A stretch of DNA of 64,000 bases from Sphyrna mokarran (GCA_024679065.1 JAGIQG010000009.1:91326001-91390000), one strand, 5' to 3'. Numbered from the stretch's first letter, positions 1 to 13,771 are shown. A program made the numbers and translations. Notes: a model not told the origin generated them from the sequence alone.

Positions 1-3000
1 GGGGAGTGGAGATGAGGGGAGTGGAGGATGAGGGAGTGGAGTATGCGGGAGTGGAGTATGGGAGTGGAGCATGAGGGAGTGGAGTATGAGGGAGTGGGAG
101 TAATGAGGGAGTGGATTATGAGGGAATGGAGCAGAGGAAATTGAGCATGATGGAGTGGTGCATGAGGAGTGGGGTCAGAGGGAGTGGAGCGTGAGGAGTG
201 GTGTATGAGGGAGTGGAGCATGAGGAGTGGAGTAGAGGGAGTTGGCGATGAGAATGGAGCTATGAGTCGGAGTGGAGCATGAAGTAGTGGAGCGTGAGGG
301 AATGGAGCGTGAGGAAATGGAGGCATGAGGAATGGAGCATGAGGGAGTGGAGCATGAAGGGAGTGAGGTTGAGGAGTGGAGTTGAGAGAGTGAGCAGAGG
401 AAATGGATGCATGAGGGAGGTGGAGCTGAGGGATTGAGCATGAGGAAATGGCGCGTGAGGAATGGAAAATGAATGGGTCATGGGAGGGAGTGAAAGATTG
501 AGGAAATGGGCATAGTGGAGTGGATCATGAGGGAGTTGAGCATGAGGGAGTGGAGCGGGAGGAAAGGAGCCTGAGGGATGGAGCTGAGAGCATGAGGGAG
601 TGGAGCATGAGGGAGTGGAGCATGAGGGAGTGGAGGATGAGGGAGTGGAGCATGAGGGAGTGGAGCATGAGGGAGTGGAGCATGAGGGAGTGGAGCATGA
701 GGGAGTGGAGCATGAGGAGTGGAGCATGAGGAAATGGAGCATGAGGGAGTGGAGCATGAGGAAATGGAGCATGAGGGAATGGAGCATGAGGAAATGGAGC
801 ATGAGGAAATGGAGCATGAGGGAGTGGAGCGTGAGGAAATGGAGCATGAGGGAGTGGAGCATGAGGGAGTGGAGCATGAGGGAGTGGAGCATGAGGAAAT
901 GGAGCGTGAGGAAATGGAGCATGAGGGAGTGGAGCATGAGGGAGTGGAGCATGAGGGAGTGGAGCATGAGGAAATGGAGCATGAGGGAGTGGAGCATGAG
1001 GGAGTGGAGCATGAGGGAGTGGAGCATGAGGGAGTGGAGCATGAGGGAGTGGAGCATGAGGGAGTGGAGATGGGGAGTGGAGCATGAGGAGTGGAGCATG
1101 AGGGAGTGGAGCATGAGGGTGGAGCATGAGGAGGGAGCATGAGGGAGGGAGCATGAGGGAGTGGAGCATGAGGGGAAATGGAGCATGAGGAAATGGAGCA
1201 TGAGGGAGTGGAGCATGAGGGAATGGAGCATGAGGGAGTGGAGCATGAGGAATGGAGCATGAGGGAGTGGAGATGAGGAGTGGAGCATGAGGGAGTGGAG
1301 CATGAGGAAATGGAGCATGAGGGAGTGGAGCATGAGGGAGTGGAGCATGAGGGAGTGGAGCATGAGGGAGTGGAGCATGAGGGAATGGAGCATGAGGGAG
1401 TGGAGCATGAGGGAGTGGAGCATGAGGGAGTGGAGCATGAGGGAGTGGAGCATGAGGGAGTGGAGCATGAGGGAGTGGAGCATGAGGGAGTGGAGCATGA
1501 GGGAGTGGAGCATGAGGGAGTGGAGCATGAGGGAATGGAGCATGAGGGAGTGGAGCATGAGGGAATGGAGCATGAGGGAGTGGAGTATGAGGGAGTGGAG
1601 CATGAGGGAGTGGAGTATGAGGGAGTGGAGCATGAGGGAGTGGAGCATGAGGGATGGAGCATGAGGGAGTGGAGATGAGGGAATGGAGATGAGGGAGTGG
1701 AGTGAGGGAGTGGAGCAGGGGAATGGAGCATGAGGAAATGGAGCATGAGGGAGTGGAGCATGAGGGAGTGGAGTGTGAGGGAGTGGAGCATGAGGGAGTG
1801 GAGCATGAGAAATGGAGCATGAGGGAGTGGAGCATGAGGGGTGGAGCATGAGGGAGTGGAGTTGAGGGAAATGGAGCATGAGGGAGTGGAGCATGAGGGA
1901 GTGGAGCATGAGGGAGTGGAGCATGAGGGAGTGGAGCATGAGGAAATGGAGCATGAGGGAGTGGAGCATGAGGAAATGGAGCATGAGGGAGTGGAGCATG
2001 AATGGAGCATGAGGAAATGGAGCATGAGGGAGTGGAGCATGAGGGAGTGGAGCATGAGGAAATGGAGCATGAGGAAATGGAGCATGAGGGAGTGGAGCAT
2101 GAGGGAGTGGAGTATGAAAATGGAGCATGAGGAAATGGAGCATGAGGGAGTGGAGCATGAGGGAGTGGAGCATGAGGAAATGGAGCATGAGGGAGTGGAG
2201 CATGAGGGAGTGGAGCATGAGGGAGTGGAGCATGAGGGAGTGGAGCATGAGGGAGTGGAGCATGAGGGGTGGAGCATGAGGAAATGGAGCATGAGGAAAT
2301 GGAGCATGAGGGAGTGGAGCATGAAAATGGAGCATGAGGAAATGGAGCATGAGGGAGTGGAGCATGAGGGAGTGGAGCATGAGGAAATGGAGCATGAGGG
2401 AGTGGAGCATGAGGGAGTGGAGCATGAGGGAGTGGAGCATGAGGGAGTGGAGCATGAGGGAGTGGAGCATGAGGGAGTGGAGCATGAGGGAGTGGAGCAT
2501 GAGGGAGTGGAGCATGAGGGAGTGGAGCATGAGGGAGTGGAGCATGAGGAAATGGAGCATGAGGGAGTGGAGCATGAGGGAGTGGAGCATGAGGGAGTGG
2601 AGCATGAGGGAGTGGAGCATGAGGGAGTGGAGCATGAGGGAATGGAGCATGAGGAAATGGAGCATGAGGGAGTGGAGCATGAGGGAGTGGAGCATGAGGA
2701 AATGGAGCATGAGGAAATGGAGCATGAGGGAATGGAGCATGAGGGAGTGGAGCATGAGGGAGTGGAGCATGAGGAAATGGAGCATGAGGGAGTGGAGCAT
2801 GAGGGAGTGGAGCATGAGGGAGTGGAGCATGAGGAAATGGAGCATGAGGGAATGGAGCATGAGGGAATGGAGCATGAGGGAGTGGAGCATGAGGAAATGG
2901 AGCATGAGGGAGTGGAGCATGAGGGAGTGGAGCATGAGGGAGTGGAGCATGAGGAAATGGAGCATGAGGGAGTGGAGCATGAGGAAATGGAGCATGAGGA

Positions 3001-4995
3001 AATGGAGCATGAGGGAGTGGAGCATGAGGGAGTGGAGCATGAGGAAATGGAGCATGAGGGAGTGGAGCATGAGGGAGTGGAGCATGAGGGAGTGGAGCAT
3101 GAGGGAATGGAGCATGAGGGAGTGGAGCATGAGGAAATGAGCAGAGGGAGGGAGCATGAGGGAGTGGAGCAGAGGAGTGGAGCATGAGGAAGGAGCATGA
3201 GGAATGGAGCATGAGGGAGTGGAGCATGAGGGAGTGAGCATGAGGGAGTGGAGCATGAGGGAGGGAGCATGAGGGAGTGGAGCATGAGGGAGTGGAGTAT
3301 GAGGAAATGGAGCATGAGGGAGTGGAGCATGAGGAAATGGAGCATGAGGGAGTGGAGCATGAGGGAGTGGAGCATGAGGAAATGGAGCATGAGGAAATGG
3401 AGCATGAGGGAATGGAGCATGAGGGAGTGGAGTATGAGGGAATGGAGCATGAGGGAGTGGAGCATGAGGGAATGGAGCATGAGGAAATGGAGCATGAGGA
3501 AATGGAGCATGAGGGAGTGGAGCATGAGGAAATGGAGCATGAGGGAGTGGAGCATGAGGGAATGGAGCATGAGGAAATGGAGCATGAGGGAGTGGAGCAT
3601 GAGGAAATGGAGCATGAGGGAGTGGAGCATGAGGGAGTGGAGCATGAGGGAGTGGAGCATGAGGGAGTGGAGCATGAGGGAGTGGAGCATGAGGGAGTGG
3701 AGCATGAGGGAGTGGAGCATGAGGGAGTGGAGCATGAGGGAGTGGAGCATGAGGGAGTGGAGCATGAGGGAGTGGAGCATGAGGGAGTGGAGCATGAGGG
3801 AGTGGAGCATGAGGGAGTGGAGCATGAGGGAGTGGAGCATGAGGGAGTGGAGCATGAGGGAGTGGAGCATGAGGAAATGGAGCATGAGGAAATGGAGCAT
3901 GAGGGAGTGGAGCATGAGGGAGTGGAGCATGAGGGAGTGGAGCATGAGGAAATGGAGCATGAGGGAGTGGAGCATGAGGAAATGGAGCATGAGGGAGTGG
4001 AGCATGAGGAAATGGAAGGATGGAGATGGGGAGTGGAGCATGAGGGAGGAGGGAGTGGAGCATGAGGAAATGGAGCATGAGGGAGTGGAGCATGAGGGAG
4101 TGGAGCATGAGGGAGTGGAGCATGAGGGAGTGGAGCATGAGGAATGGAGCATGAGGGAGTGGAGCATGAGGAATGGAGCATGAGGGAGTGGAGCATGAGG
4201 GAGTGGAGATGAGGAAATGGAGATGAGGGAGTGGAGCATGAGGGATGGAGCATGAGGATGGAGCATGGGGATGGAGTGAGGGATGGAGCATGAGGATGAG
4301 CATGAGGATGGGCATGAGGGAGTGGAGCATGAGGGAGGAGCATGAGGAAATGGAGCATGAGGGAGTGGAGCAGAGGGAGTGGAGTATGAGGAAATGGGCA
4401 TGAGGGATGGAGCATGAGGGATGGAGCAAATGAGGGAGTGGAGCATGAGGGAGGAGAGGAAATGGAGCATGAGGGAGTGGAGCATGAGGGAATGGAGCAT
4501 GAGGAATGGAGCATGAGGAGTGGAGATGAGGGAGTGGAGCATGAGGAATGGAGCATGAGGGAGTGGAGCATGAGGGAGTGGAGTATGAGGGAATGGAGCA
4601 TGAGGGAGTGGAGCATGAGGGAGTGGAGCATGAGGGAGTGGAGCATGAGTGAGTGGAGCAGAGGGAGTGGAGCAGAGGGAGTGGAGCATGAGGAGTGGAG
4701 GGAGGGAATGGAGCGTGAGGGAGTGGAGCGTGAGGGAATGGAGTGTGAGGGAGCGGAGTGTGAGGGGTGGGCGTGAGGGAGTGGAGCGTGAGTGAATGGA
4801 GGGTGAGGGAGTGGGGTGTGAGGGAGTGGAGCATGAGGAGTGGAGCGTGAGGGAGTGGAGGGTGAGGGAGTGGAGTGTGAGGGTGTGGAGCGTGAGGAGT
4901 GGAGCGTGAGTGAATGGAGGGTGAGGGAGTGGAGTGTGAGGGAGTGGACGGTGAGGGAGTGGAGTGTGAGGGAGTGGAGGGTGAGGGAGTGGAGA
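1..4995 (+). repeat. 15-bp G-rich minisatellite (GAGGGAGTGGAGCAT)n with GAGGAAATGGAGCAT variants; degenerate at both ends
   Basis: Direct tandem periodicity over about 5 kb. The long ORFs here (MLHSL/PHAPL/SCSTP repeats) are translations of the unit. Confidence 0.97.
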
Positions 4996-5102
4996 GTCTG
5001 AGATTCCCCTGTAGTAACCCTGAGCTGTTCCAGGAGAGTATAATTTTATAACTTTCAATCTCTCCTTTCACATTCTCAATAATCTGTCCCTCAGTCACTC
5101 AC

Positions 5103-5134
5103 TGGAGCTGTTGTGTACGTCGCACTTGGTGAAT
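5103..5134 (-). pseudogene. Gene A first cytoplasmic exon (DSPSATYTTAP)
   Basis: cttctgcag acceptor and gtgagt donor; Tyr motif resembles class I exon 6; paralogous to 44804-44773. Confidence 0.7.
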
Positions 5135-5233
5135 CTGCAGAAGTGAAATAAATGTCAGTGAGAATGGGGAATAATCCATTCTCAGAGAGTGAGAACACAA
5201 CAAGTGTGAGGGAATGGAGATTGTGTGAGAAAT

Positions 5234-6909
5234 CTTATTCACGCAGAGTGCTGGAAATGTAGCTATGGAGAACACTGAGGTACAGGGTTGCAAATTGGGA
5301 AGTATTGTAGTAGATAGGGAGGATGTGTTAGAAATTCTCGAGGGTTTGAAGTTGGATAAGTCCCCTGGGCCGGACGGGATTTACCCTAGGATTCTCTGGG
5401 AGGCAAGAGAGGAGATTGCAGAGCCTCTGGCTCTGATCTTCAGGTCCTCGTTGGTTACGGGTGTGGTTCCGGAGGACTGGAGGATAGCGAATGTGGTCCC
5501 ATTGTTTAAGAAGGGGAAGAGAGACCTTCCAGGGAATTATAGGCCAGTGAGTCTTACTTCTGTTGTGGGCAAGGTATTGGAGAGAATTATTAGGGATAGG
5601 ATTTATAGTTATTTAGAGAGAAATGAATTGATTGGGGATAGTCAGCATGGTTTCGTGAAGGGTAGGTCATGCCTTACTAACCTCATTGAGTTTTTTGAAA
5701 AAGTGACCAAAGAGGTGGATGGGGGTAAGGCGGTTGATGTAGTATATATGGACTTTAGTAAGGCGTTTGATAAGGTGGCCCATGGAAGACTTCTACAGAA
5801 AATGCAGATGTATGGAATAGAGGGTGATTTAGCTAATTGGATTAGGAATTGGCTAGCAGATAGAAGACAGAGGGTGGTGGTTGATGGGAGATATTCATCC
5901 TGGAGTTCGGTGACAAGTGGTGTGCCTCAGGGGTCTGTTTTGGGGCCCCTGCTGTTTGTAATTTTTATAAATGATCTGGATGAGGGTATTGAGGGATGGA
6001 TCAGTAAATTTGCAGATGACACTAAAGTCGGTGGAGTGGTAGATAGTGAAGAGGGGTGTTATAGTTTACAGAGTGACTTGGACAAGTTGCAGAGCTGGGC
6101 CGAGAGGTGGCAAATGGAGTTTAATGTGGAAAAGTGTGAGGTAATGCACTTTGGCAGGAACAATAAATGTGTAGAGTATAGGGCTAATGGTAGGGCTCTT
6201 AATAGTGTTGAGGAACAGAAGGATCTTGGTGTATGTGTCAATAGATCCCTGAAAGTAGGCAGTCAAATGGATAAAGTTGTTAAGAAGGCATATGGAGTCT
6301 TAGCTTTTATTGGTAGGGGGATTGAATTTAGGAGCCGCAGCATCATGTTGCAACTGTACAAAACTCTAGTGCGGCCGCACTTGGAGTATTGTGTGCAGTT
6401 CTGGTCCCCACATTATAAGAAAGATGTGGAGGCATTGGAGAGGGTACAGAGGAGGTTTACCAGGATGTTGCCTGGTATGGAGGGCAGGTCCTATGAAGAG
6501 AGGTTGAAGGATTTGAGGTTGTTTTCGTTAGAAAGGAGGCGGCTAAGAGGGGATCTTATTGAAGCATATAAGATGATTAGAGGTTTAGATAGGGTGGACA
6601 GTGATAGCCTTTTTCCTAGGATGGAGAAAGCTAGCACGAGGGGACACAGCTTTAAATTAAGGGGTATGAGTTATAGGACGGATATCAGAGGTAGGTTCTT
6701 TACTCAAAGAGTGATTAGGGAGTGGAATGCCCTGCCTGCAGCTGTTGTAGATGCGCCAAGTTTGGTGGCGTTTAAGAGGTTAATTGATAAGTATATGGAA
6801 GAGAAGGGAATGGTTTAGTTTGGAGGGGCATTGCTTTTTATTTTGGTCGGCACAACATCGAAGGCCGAAGGGCCTCTTCTGTGCTGTAATGTTCTATGTT
6901 CTATGTTCT
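5234..6909 (+). mobile_element. 5'-truncated CR1 LINE with open RT-containing ORF2 C-terminal part (5265-6818), short 3'UTR and (TGTTCTA)n tail
   Basis: RT motifs GVPQGSVLGP and KFADD. AAAT duplicated at 5230-5233 and 6910-6913; the paralogous intron near 44900 is the empty site. Confidence 0.95.
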
Positions 6910-7190
6910 AAATACTCATTCTCACACTCCCCTCCATCCTTACACTTTATGGAGATCCTGTAGATCTCTTCCATTCCATCCATATTCAGTAGGTGAGGAT
7001 GTGAGTGTGTGCGGTGGCTTTAATGATCAATATTATACCTGGACTGGGCTGATCACACAAAGGAAAATGAGACAGGGAACAAGATGTGTTTATACGTGTG
7101 TATTTGTGTGTGGGAATTAAATCAGTTCATTCAATACAATGTCCCATATTCCCATTACTGGAGATTCCCCACACTCACTCTGTCCCCTCA

Positions 7191-7432
7191 TTGTAGCACA
7201 AAGTGGAGTAATGCTGCATCACTGTACCAGAAACCCAGGTTTGATTCCTGGCTTGGGTCATGGTCTGTGTTGAGTCTGCACATTCTCCCCGTGTCTCTGT
7301 GGGTTTTCTCTTGGTGCCCTGTTTCCTCCCTTAGTCCAAAAGGTTTTGATGCATTGGCCATGCTAAATTCTCCCACAGTGTACCCAAACAGGTGCCAGAG
7401 TGAGGCGACTAGAGGATTTTACAATGAAACTT
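7191..7432 (+). mobile_element. tRNA-headed V-domain SINE (HE1-related, non-CR1 tail)
   Basis: B-box-like GGTTTGATTCC and V-domain TTCTCCCCGTGTCT...TTTCCTCCC...TCCAAA; absent from the paralogous intron near 45180. Confidence 0.75.
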
Positions 7433-7457
7433 ATGTTTCCCTCTCTCTGATTCTTAC

Positions 7458-7568
7458 CTCTCCGCTGTCTTTTCCAGATGATTATTCCAAATATAACAGC
7501 CAGTGCTGGGATCACTGCTCCAATTATTATTCCAACATGTGAATGTCCCACACTGTTTTCCGGGATTT
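7458..7568 (-). pseudogene. Gene A connecting-peptide/transmembrane exon (EIPENSVGHSHVGIIIGAVIPALAVIFGIIIWKRQRR)
   Basis: 111 nt, phase 1-1, hydrophobic stretch followed by basic stop-transfer residues, gtaag donor. Confidence 0.88.
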
Positions 7569-7694
7569 CTGAAACACATTTGAATAATGCGAGGATTGTC
7601 TCTGTTCTCGGATCCATTCCCAGTTCTGTGTTCATTGGAGACAATTTGAACTGAAGTCATCGCAGTCCAAATGGGATTGGTTGAAGCTTTGGCC

Positions 7695-8430
7695 CCATGG
7701 TGGATAAGGGAGTGTCTATGGATCTGCTCTGGATGGACTTCCAGAAGGTCATTGATAAAGTTCCACCCAAGACATTCTTGACAATAATCAGAGTGTTTGG
7801 AATTGAAGGGAATCTTTGACACAGGGTGAAAATTGGTTGGGAGAGAAGAGACAGCTGGATGCACACCACAGACAATGGGAATATATTCCCCTTGGCAGGA
7901 TGTGATCAGTTTTATTCCCCAAGGATCTGTACTGAGCCTCATCTTTTCACCATTCGTATTAATGACTTGGATCAGGGTTTGGATTCAGCAGAATGATCTA
8001 CAGCTCAGAGGGTTCAGTTATGAGCACAGGTTATATAAAGCTGACATGTATTTCCCTGTGTTTAACTGGATGAAGGATGATCTGATCCAGATATTTAAAA
8101 TGATACAGTAAGCCGATCGGGTCAATACAGAGAAAGTATTTTCTCTGGTGGTGGAATCTGGGACAAGACAGCATCATTTTCAAATTAGACTGAGGACATT
8201 TAGGAGAGAAATCGGGAAGCACAGGAAATCTGGAACTCTCTCCACCAAAACGCCGAGGGTGCTGGGGGCAACTGATATTTTCCAAACTGAAATGGTGAGA
8301 TTTTTATTGGGTCAGAACAGCGAGAGATATGGAGCGTTAGTGGGGAAATGGAGCAGAGGAACAGACCAGTCAGGATGTGAATGAATGCTGGGACAGAATC
8401 AAGGGGCTGAATGGCTGGCTGCTGTTGCTA
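7695..8430 (+). mobile_element. Old degenerate CR1 ORF2/3' relic
   Basis: Decayed MDFQK.FDKVP and PQGSVL motifs; typical CR1 tail AGGGGCTGAATGGC. Confidence 0.7.
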
Positions 8431-8489
8431 AATTTCACATGCACATATACACACCGCAGTAACCACAGAACAGTTTGACAGTTCCTTAC

Positions 8490-8768
8490 CCAACTGATAG
8501 AGCTTGGGCTCTTCCAGGCTGCTGTGTTCAATTTGACAGGAGTATTGATCCTCATCCCCAGCATTTATTTCAATCTCTTTCTGGATCTGATGGGTTCCAT
8601 CGTGGTTCGGTCAAATCCCTGAGGATAGTGTCTCAGACATTACCTCTCCATTCCTTAACCACTTCACCTCAATGTCTACAGGATAAAAGCCAGTAACCAG
8701 GCAGGAGAGAGTGAGGGGCTTGGACTGACTATTGGGCTCACTTCTGGAGATGAAGACTTCAGGCTGAA
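8490..8768 (-). pseudogene. Gene A alpha3 (C1-set Ig) exon with premature stop
   Basis: 279 nt; LSCLVTGFYP...W...YSCQIEH; TGA at 8613-8611. Confidence 0.93.
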
Positions 8769-8885
8769 CTGTAATGGGAAAGAGTGAAAACACAAACAAT
8801 AAACCCACACTGAATAGAATGGGGGAACAGTTTGATAAATCAGTGAAGTTAGAGCAGAACATGGAGTCAAAACTGAATTCAGTAC

Positions 8886-9161
8886 CTTTCTTTTTGAGAT
8901 ATTCCTTTCCAGCCTGGTAATATCTTCTTAAATTCTGGGCCCATTCTACTTCCAAACTCCATTTCCAAAACTTGTTCCAGGATTGATCTGAATTCCATTT
9001 CTCTTTAGTCTTCACTGCAAAGTGATTGGATGCGACCCATCTCATTCTGTCTGGCTCTAAACTAATATAGTCCTTCCCATCAAATCCAAACCGCATCGAT
9101 CTCTTAATGGAGCCGTCTTCAGTGACCTCGACAGACTGAATCCATTGGAAAATATGGATTC
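8886..9161 (-). pseudogene. Gene A alpha2 exon (open frame, no cysteines)
   Basis: 276 nt; GIHIFQW...FGFDGKDYISL...KTKEKW...LRRYYQAGKEYL. Confidence 0.93.
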
Positions 9162-9984
9162 CTGTCAGAGAGCAAATGATGATCAATATTCAGTGAACTG
9201 GAGGATTGGAAATATTGCTTTGTTAATCAATAAAGTGGAGAAATGATCTTTGTGATAGAATTGTCAGCAAAACTGAAATCCCTGGAATAAAATAAGCAGC
9301 ATCAGAATGTAAACAAATTTGCCGAATGGATCGGAAACAGAGTGGCCAGGATTCTCCCAAAATAATTCAACTGTCAAATTCGTTTGAAACCTGGAGTAAA
9401 TCACGTTTGTTTTTACAGCGGGAGTTTCAAAATGAATCTCCCACAATATGTACATTGCAGAGAGCACGAGCAGGTTTCACACTGAAAAGCTGTCAGTGGG
9501 GCCTATTCCCGCTGGAGAGACTGACAGCAAAGTGCTGAGTGGGCCACTGCACATGTGTCAATCAGTCAGATTGGTGCATGCTCTGTAGCCCCTGGCTACT
9601 GGCCTCCCAATTGCCGGCCGACTCGATCGCTGGTCAGTTCTGAAATTCCCACAACGTCAGCCCTTCACCGTTCCCAACCGCACCCCCCTGCCCAACTCTC
9701 CTCCTCCCCCCACCTCACGGCCCGATCTCTGAACATTCGCGCACCATTTCCAATCCCAACCCCGCCCTTCCAGCCCGCCCTAATCTCCAGTACCCTCTGA
9801 TCCCACATACTCTTGACAATTACCCCTCCCCACAGTGCCAACCATTCCACACTCCGTAGTGCCAGCACGCCCTCCCCTGTGTAAGGCAGCCCCACTACCC
9901 CCCACCTCCAGCGCGCTGACCCCACACCCACACCGATGGCCAGCCCTGATCGTTGGCCTTCCTTCCTCCCCCATGATCCTCCAT

Positions 9985-10805
9985 GGTGGCATTGCGGACA
10001 GTGAAGAAAGTTATCTCCAATTGCAATGGGATCTTGATCAATTGGGCCAGAGGGCTGACGAATGGCAGATGGAGTTTAATTTAAACGAGTGCAAAGTGAT
10101 GCATTTTGGTAGATTGATCCAGGGCAGGACTTAGTTAATGGTAGGGCACTGGGGAGAGTTACAGAACAAAGAGATCTAGGGATACATGTTTATAGCTCCT
10201 TGAAAATGGAATCACAGGTTGAAAGAGTGGTGAAGAAGACATTTGACATGTTTGGTTTCATCGGTCAGAACATTGAATACAGGAGTTGGGACATCTCACA
10301 AGACATTGCACACTTAGAATACTGTGTGCAACTCTGGTCACCCTATTATAGAAAGGATATTATTAAACTAGAAAGGGTACAAAAAACTTTTACTAGGATG
10401 CTCCCAGAACTTGATGGTTTGAGTTATAAGGAGAGGCTGAATAGACTGTGGCTTTTGTCTCTGGAGCGGAGGAGGCTATTTGGGTGATCATATAGACATC
10501 AATAAAATAATGAGGGGCATAGACAAGGTACAAAGAACAAAGAACAAAACAAAGGTAGATAGTCAATATTTTTTCCCAAAGATAGGGGAATCTAAAACTA
10601 GAGGACATAGGTTTAAGGTGAGAGGGGAGAGATACAGAAGTGTCCAGAGGGCAATTTTTCACACAGAGGGTGGTGAGTATCTGGAACAAGCTGCCAGATG
10701 TAGTAGTGGAGGCGGGTACAATTTTATCTTTTGAAAAGCATTTAGATAATTACATGGGTACAATCGGTAAAGAGGGATACGGGCCAAATATGGGCAATTA
10801 GGATT
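9985..10805 (+). mobile_element. Older CR1 3' fragment
   Basis: WQMEFN, HLEYCVQLWSP and TRGHRFKV motifs, interrupted by stops and frameshifts. Confidence 0.88.
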
Positions 10806-13771
10806 ACAAAAAACAAAGAACAAAACAGCACGGGAAACAGGCCCTTCGGCCCAACGAGCCTGCGCCGCCACCCTGGTGTTCCCACCTCTACCCATCATCC
10901 CTGTCTATGTTTATAGGTCTATGGATTAAAAAAATCAAATTTGAGACAATTTAGGGAGAATTTGTTTTGCCAATTAGCCTAAGAGCACATCTTTGGGATG
11001 TGGGAGGAAACCGGAGCACCCGGAGAAAACCCACGCAAGCACGGGGAGAATGCGCAAACTCCCACAGACACAGGCCCAAATCCATGTATCTGCACAGCAC
11101 AGCGATAGTCACTGAGCTGTCGTGTTGCCCATCAAATGGTCCAGGTCAAGCGTACACTAACGACGTGAAGCACTAGGATACTCTCGAAAAAAATCCAAGA
11201 GCAGCCCTCTCACGACCCATCGCGTGTATGCCCCTTGTTAGACAACAAGGTGGACCAAAGCACCTGTAGGATAAAAACAAGTACATCAATATCATCATCT
11301 ATTTACACTCTTCCCAGGGACTCCCAAGGCTCATGATCCCTATTTTAAATCAGTTTTCTATACCCCTCCATTCCCATTCTGTTCATGTGCCCATCTAAGT
11401 ATTTCTTAAATAACTCCAGAGTGCCTGCCTCCACCACTTTACTTGGCAGCGCATTCCATACCCCCACCACCCTCTGTGTGAAAAAACTCCCTCCAGCATC
11501 CAAATTATACCTTACCCCACTCACCCTAAGCCCTCGACCCCTTGTGTTATTCGAGTCCATCCTAGGAAAAAGCTTAACCCTGTTTACTCTATCTATACCC
11601 CTCATAGGAATAAAAAGCCTTTGGATTTTCCTTAATCCTATCCGCCAAAATCATTTCATGCCCCTTTTTTGCCCTTCTAACTCCCCGTTTGAGCTCCCTC
11701 CTACTCTCTCTATATTCCTCCAACACTGTCTCCGTTCCTGGCTGCTTTGAACTATCATACGCCTCTCTTTTCTTCCTAACCAAGTCCTCAATAGCCTTAG
11801 TAATCCACGGCTCTCTAATCTTACCTTTCCCATCTTTCCTCTTAGCCGGCACACATCTTTCTTGCAACATTTTCAGTATTCCCTTGAAAGAATCCCACAT
11901 GCCTAGTGGGGACTTACCTTCGAACAACCGTTCCAATCAGTTTCCATAAGTTCCTGCCTAATCCGATCTATCAGATCTCCCCTTAAGTCTACGTCTTTCT
12001 AAGGAAAACAGTCCTAATTTGCCTAACCTCTCCTCGTAACTCAGAGCTTCCATACCAGGCAGCATCCTGGAAAAGCCCCTCTGCACTCTCTCCAGAGTCT
12101 CCATGTCCTTCCGGTAGTAAGGTGACCAGAACTGGATGCAGTATTCCAAATGAGGTCTAACCAACGTTTTATACAACTGCAACATTAAAGGTCAGCTCTT
12201 GTACTCTATAGCCCTCCTATAAAGGCTAGCATACTATATGCTTTCTTCACAGCCTTCTCCACCTGCTCTGCCACCTTCAGAGACTTGTTCACCTGCACCC
12301 CCAGGTCCCTCTGCATTTCTATACTGTTAATAGGTCTACCCTTTATCATATACCTCCCTCCTACATTCTTTCTCCCGAAATGCATCACCTCACATTTATC
12401 AGGATTGAATTCCATCTGCCATCTGTCTGTCCAAGTTACCAGCCTATCTATGTCCTGCTGCATTGCCTGACAATGCTCCTCACTATCCGCAAGTCCAGCA
12501 ATCTTTGTATCGTCTGCAAACTTGCTGATCACTGCACTTACTCCCTCTTCCAAGTCATTTATATATATCACAAATAGAAGAGGTCCCAGTACCAAGCCCT
12601 GCGGCACACCACTAGTGACCGACCTCCAGCTAGAAAAACAACCTTCCACTATTACTCTCTGTCTCCTATTACCAAGCCAGTTACTTATCCATCTAGCTAC
12701 CTGTCCTTGTATCCCATGAGCCTTGATTTTCTTGACTAACCTCCTATGAGGGACTTTGTCAAACGCCTTACTAAAATCCATATAGACGACATCAACGGTT
12801 CGCCCTTCATCCACCGATTTCGTCACCTCCTCAAAAAATTCTACCAGATTTGTAAGGCATGACCTCCCCTTAACAAATCCATGCTGCATATCCCTAATCA
12901 GATCACAACACTCTCAGTGCCTGTACATCCTATCTCTAAGAATCCCCTCCAACAGCTCCCCTACCACTGACGTCAAACTCACTGGCCTATAATTTCCAGG
13001 GTTATCCCTACTACCCTTTTCAAACAACGGTACAACATTAGCTATTCTCCAGTCCTCTGGGACCTCACCTGTGTCCAAAGAAGAGACAAAGATTTGTGTC
13101 AGAGGCCCAGCAATTTCACCTCGCACCTCCCTAAGCAGCCTGGGATAAATGCCATCAGGCCCCGGAAATTTATCAGTTTTAATGCTACCTAGAAGCTCTA
13201 ACACTTCCTCCCTCTGTATGGATATTTCCCTCAACTGGTCCACAGCTCCCTCAGAGACAGGAGCTGTCAATAAGCCCCTCTCCTTCGTGAATACCGACGC
13301 AAAGTATTCATTCAGGATCTCCGCCATTCTCTCCGGCTCTAAGCACAGTTCCCCTCCTCTGTCCCTAAGAGGTCCGATTTTTCCTCTAACCACCCTTTTA
13401 TTTCTAACATAGGAGTAAATAGCCTTTGGATTTTCCTTAATCCTATCCACCAAAATCATTTCATGCCCCTTTTTTGCCCTTCTAACTCCCCGTTTGAGCT
13501 CCCTCCTACTCTCTCTATATTCCTCCAACGCTGTCTCCGTTCCCAGCTGCTTTTGACCTATCATACGCCTCTCTTTTCTTCCTAACCAAGTCCTCAATAT
13601 CCCTAGTAATCCACGGCTCTCTAATCCTACCTTTCCCATCTTTCCTCTTGGCCGGCACATATCTTTCTTGCAATATTTTCAGTGTTCCCTTGAAAGAGTC
13701 CCACATGCCTAGCGTGGACTTACCCTTGAACAACCGTTTCAATCAGTTTCCATAAGTTCCTGCCTAATCCG
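10806..13771 (-). mobile_element. Young CR1 (subfamily with ORF2 ending GYRKLI and long V-domain 3'UTR), internally rearranged
   Basis: ORF2 pieces 13660-12914, 12889-12206, 12185-11958, 11936-11606 and 11605-11345; 3'UTR closely matches 52307-52849. Confidence 0.93.

Noticed and set aside
260-5098. ORFs of 1373-1612 aa on the minus strand
   Set aside because: They are translations of a 15-bp minisatellite. All three frames are open and switch register at indels, with no domain content.
10967-11176. Recurrent 69-aa ORF MPISLRAHLWDVGG (also 37024, 42522, 46448, 52475)
   Set aside because: Antisense to the CR1 3'UTR, starts at TTG, and recurs only because the repeat copies are young.
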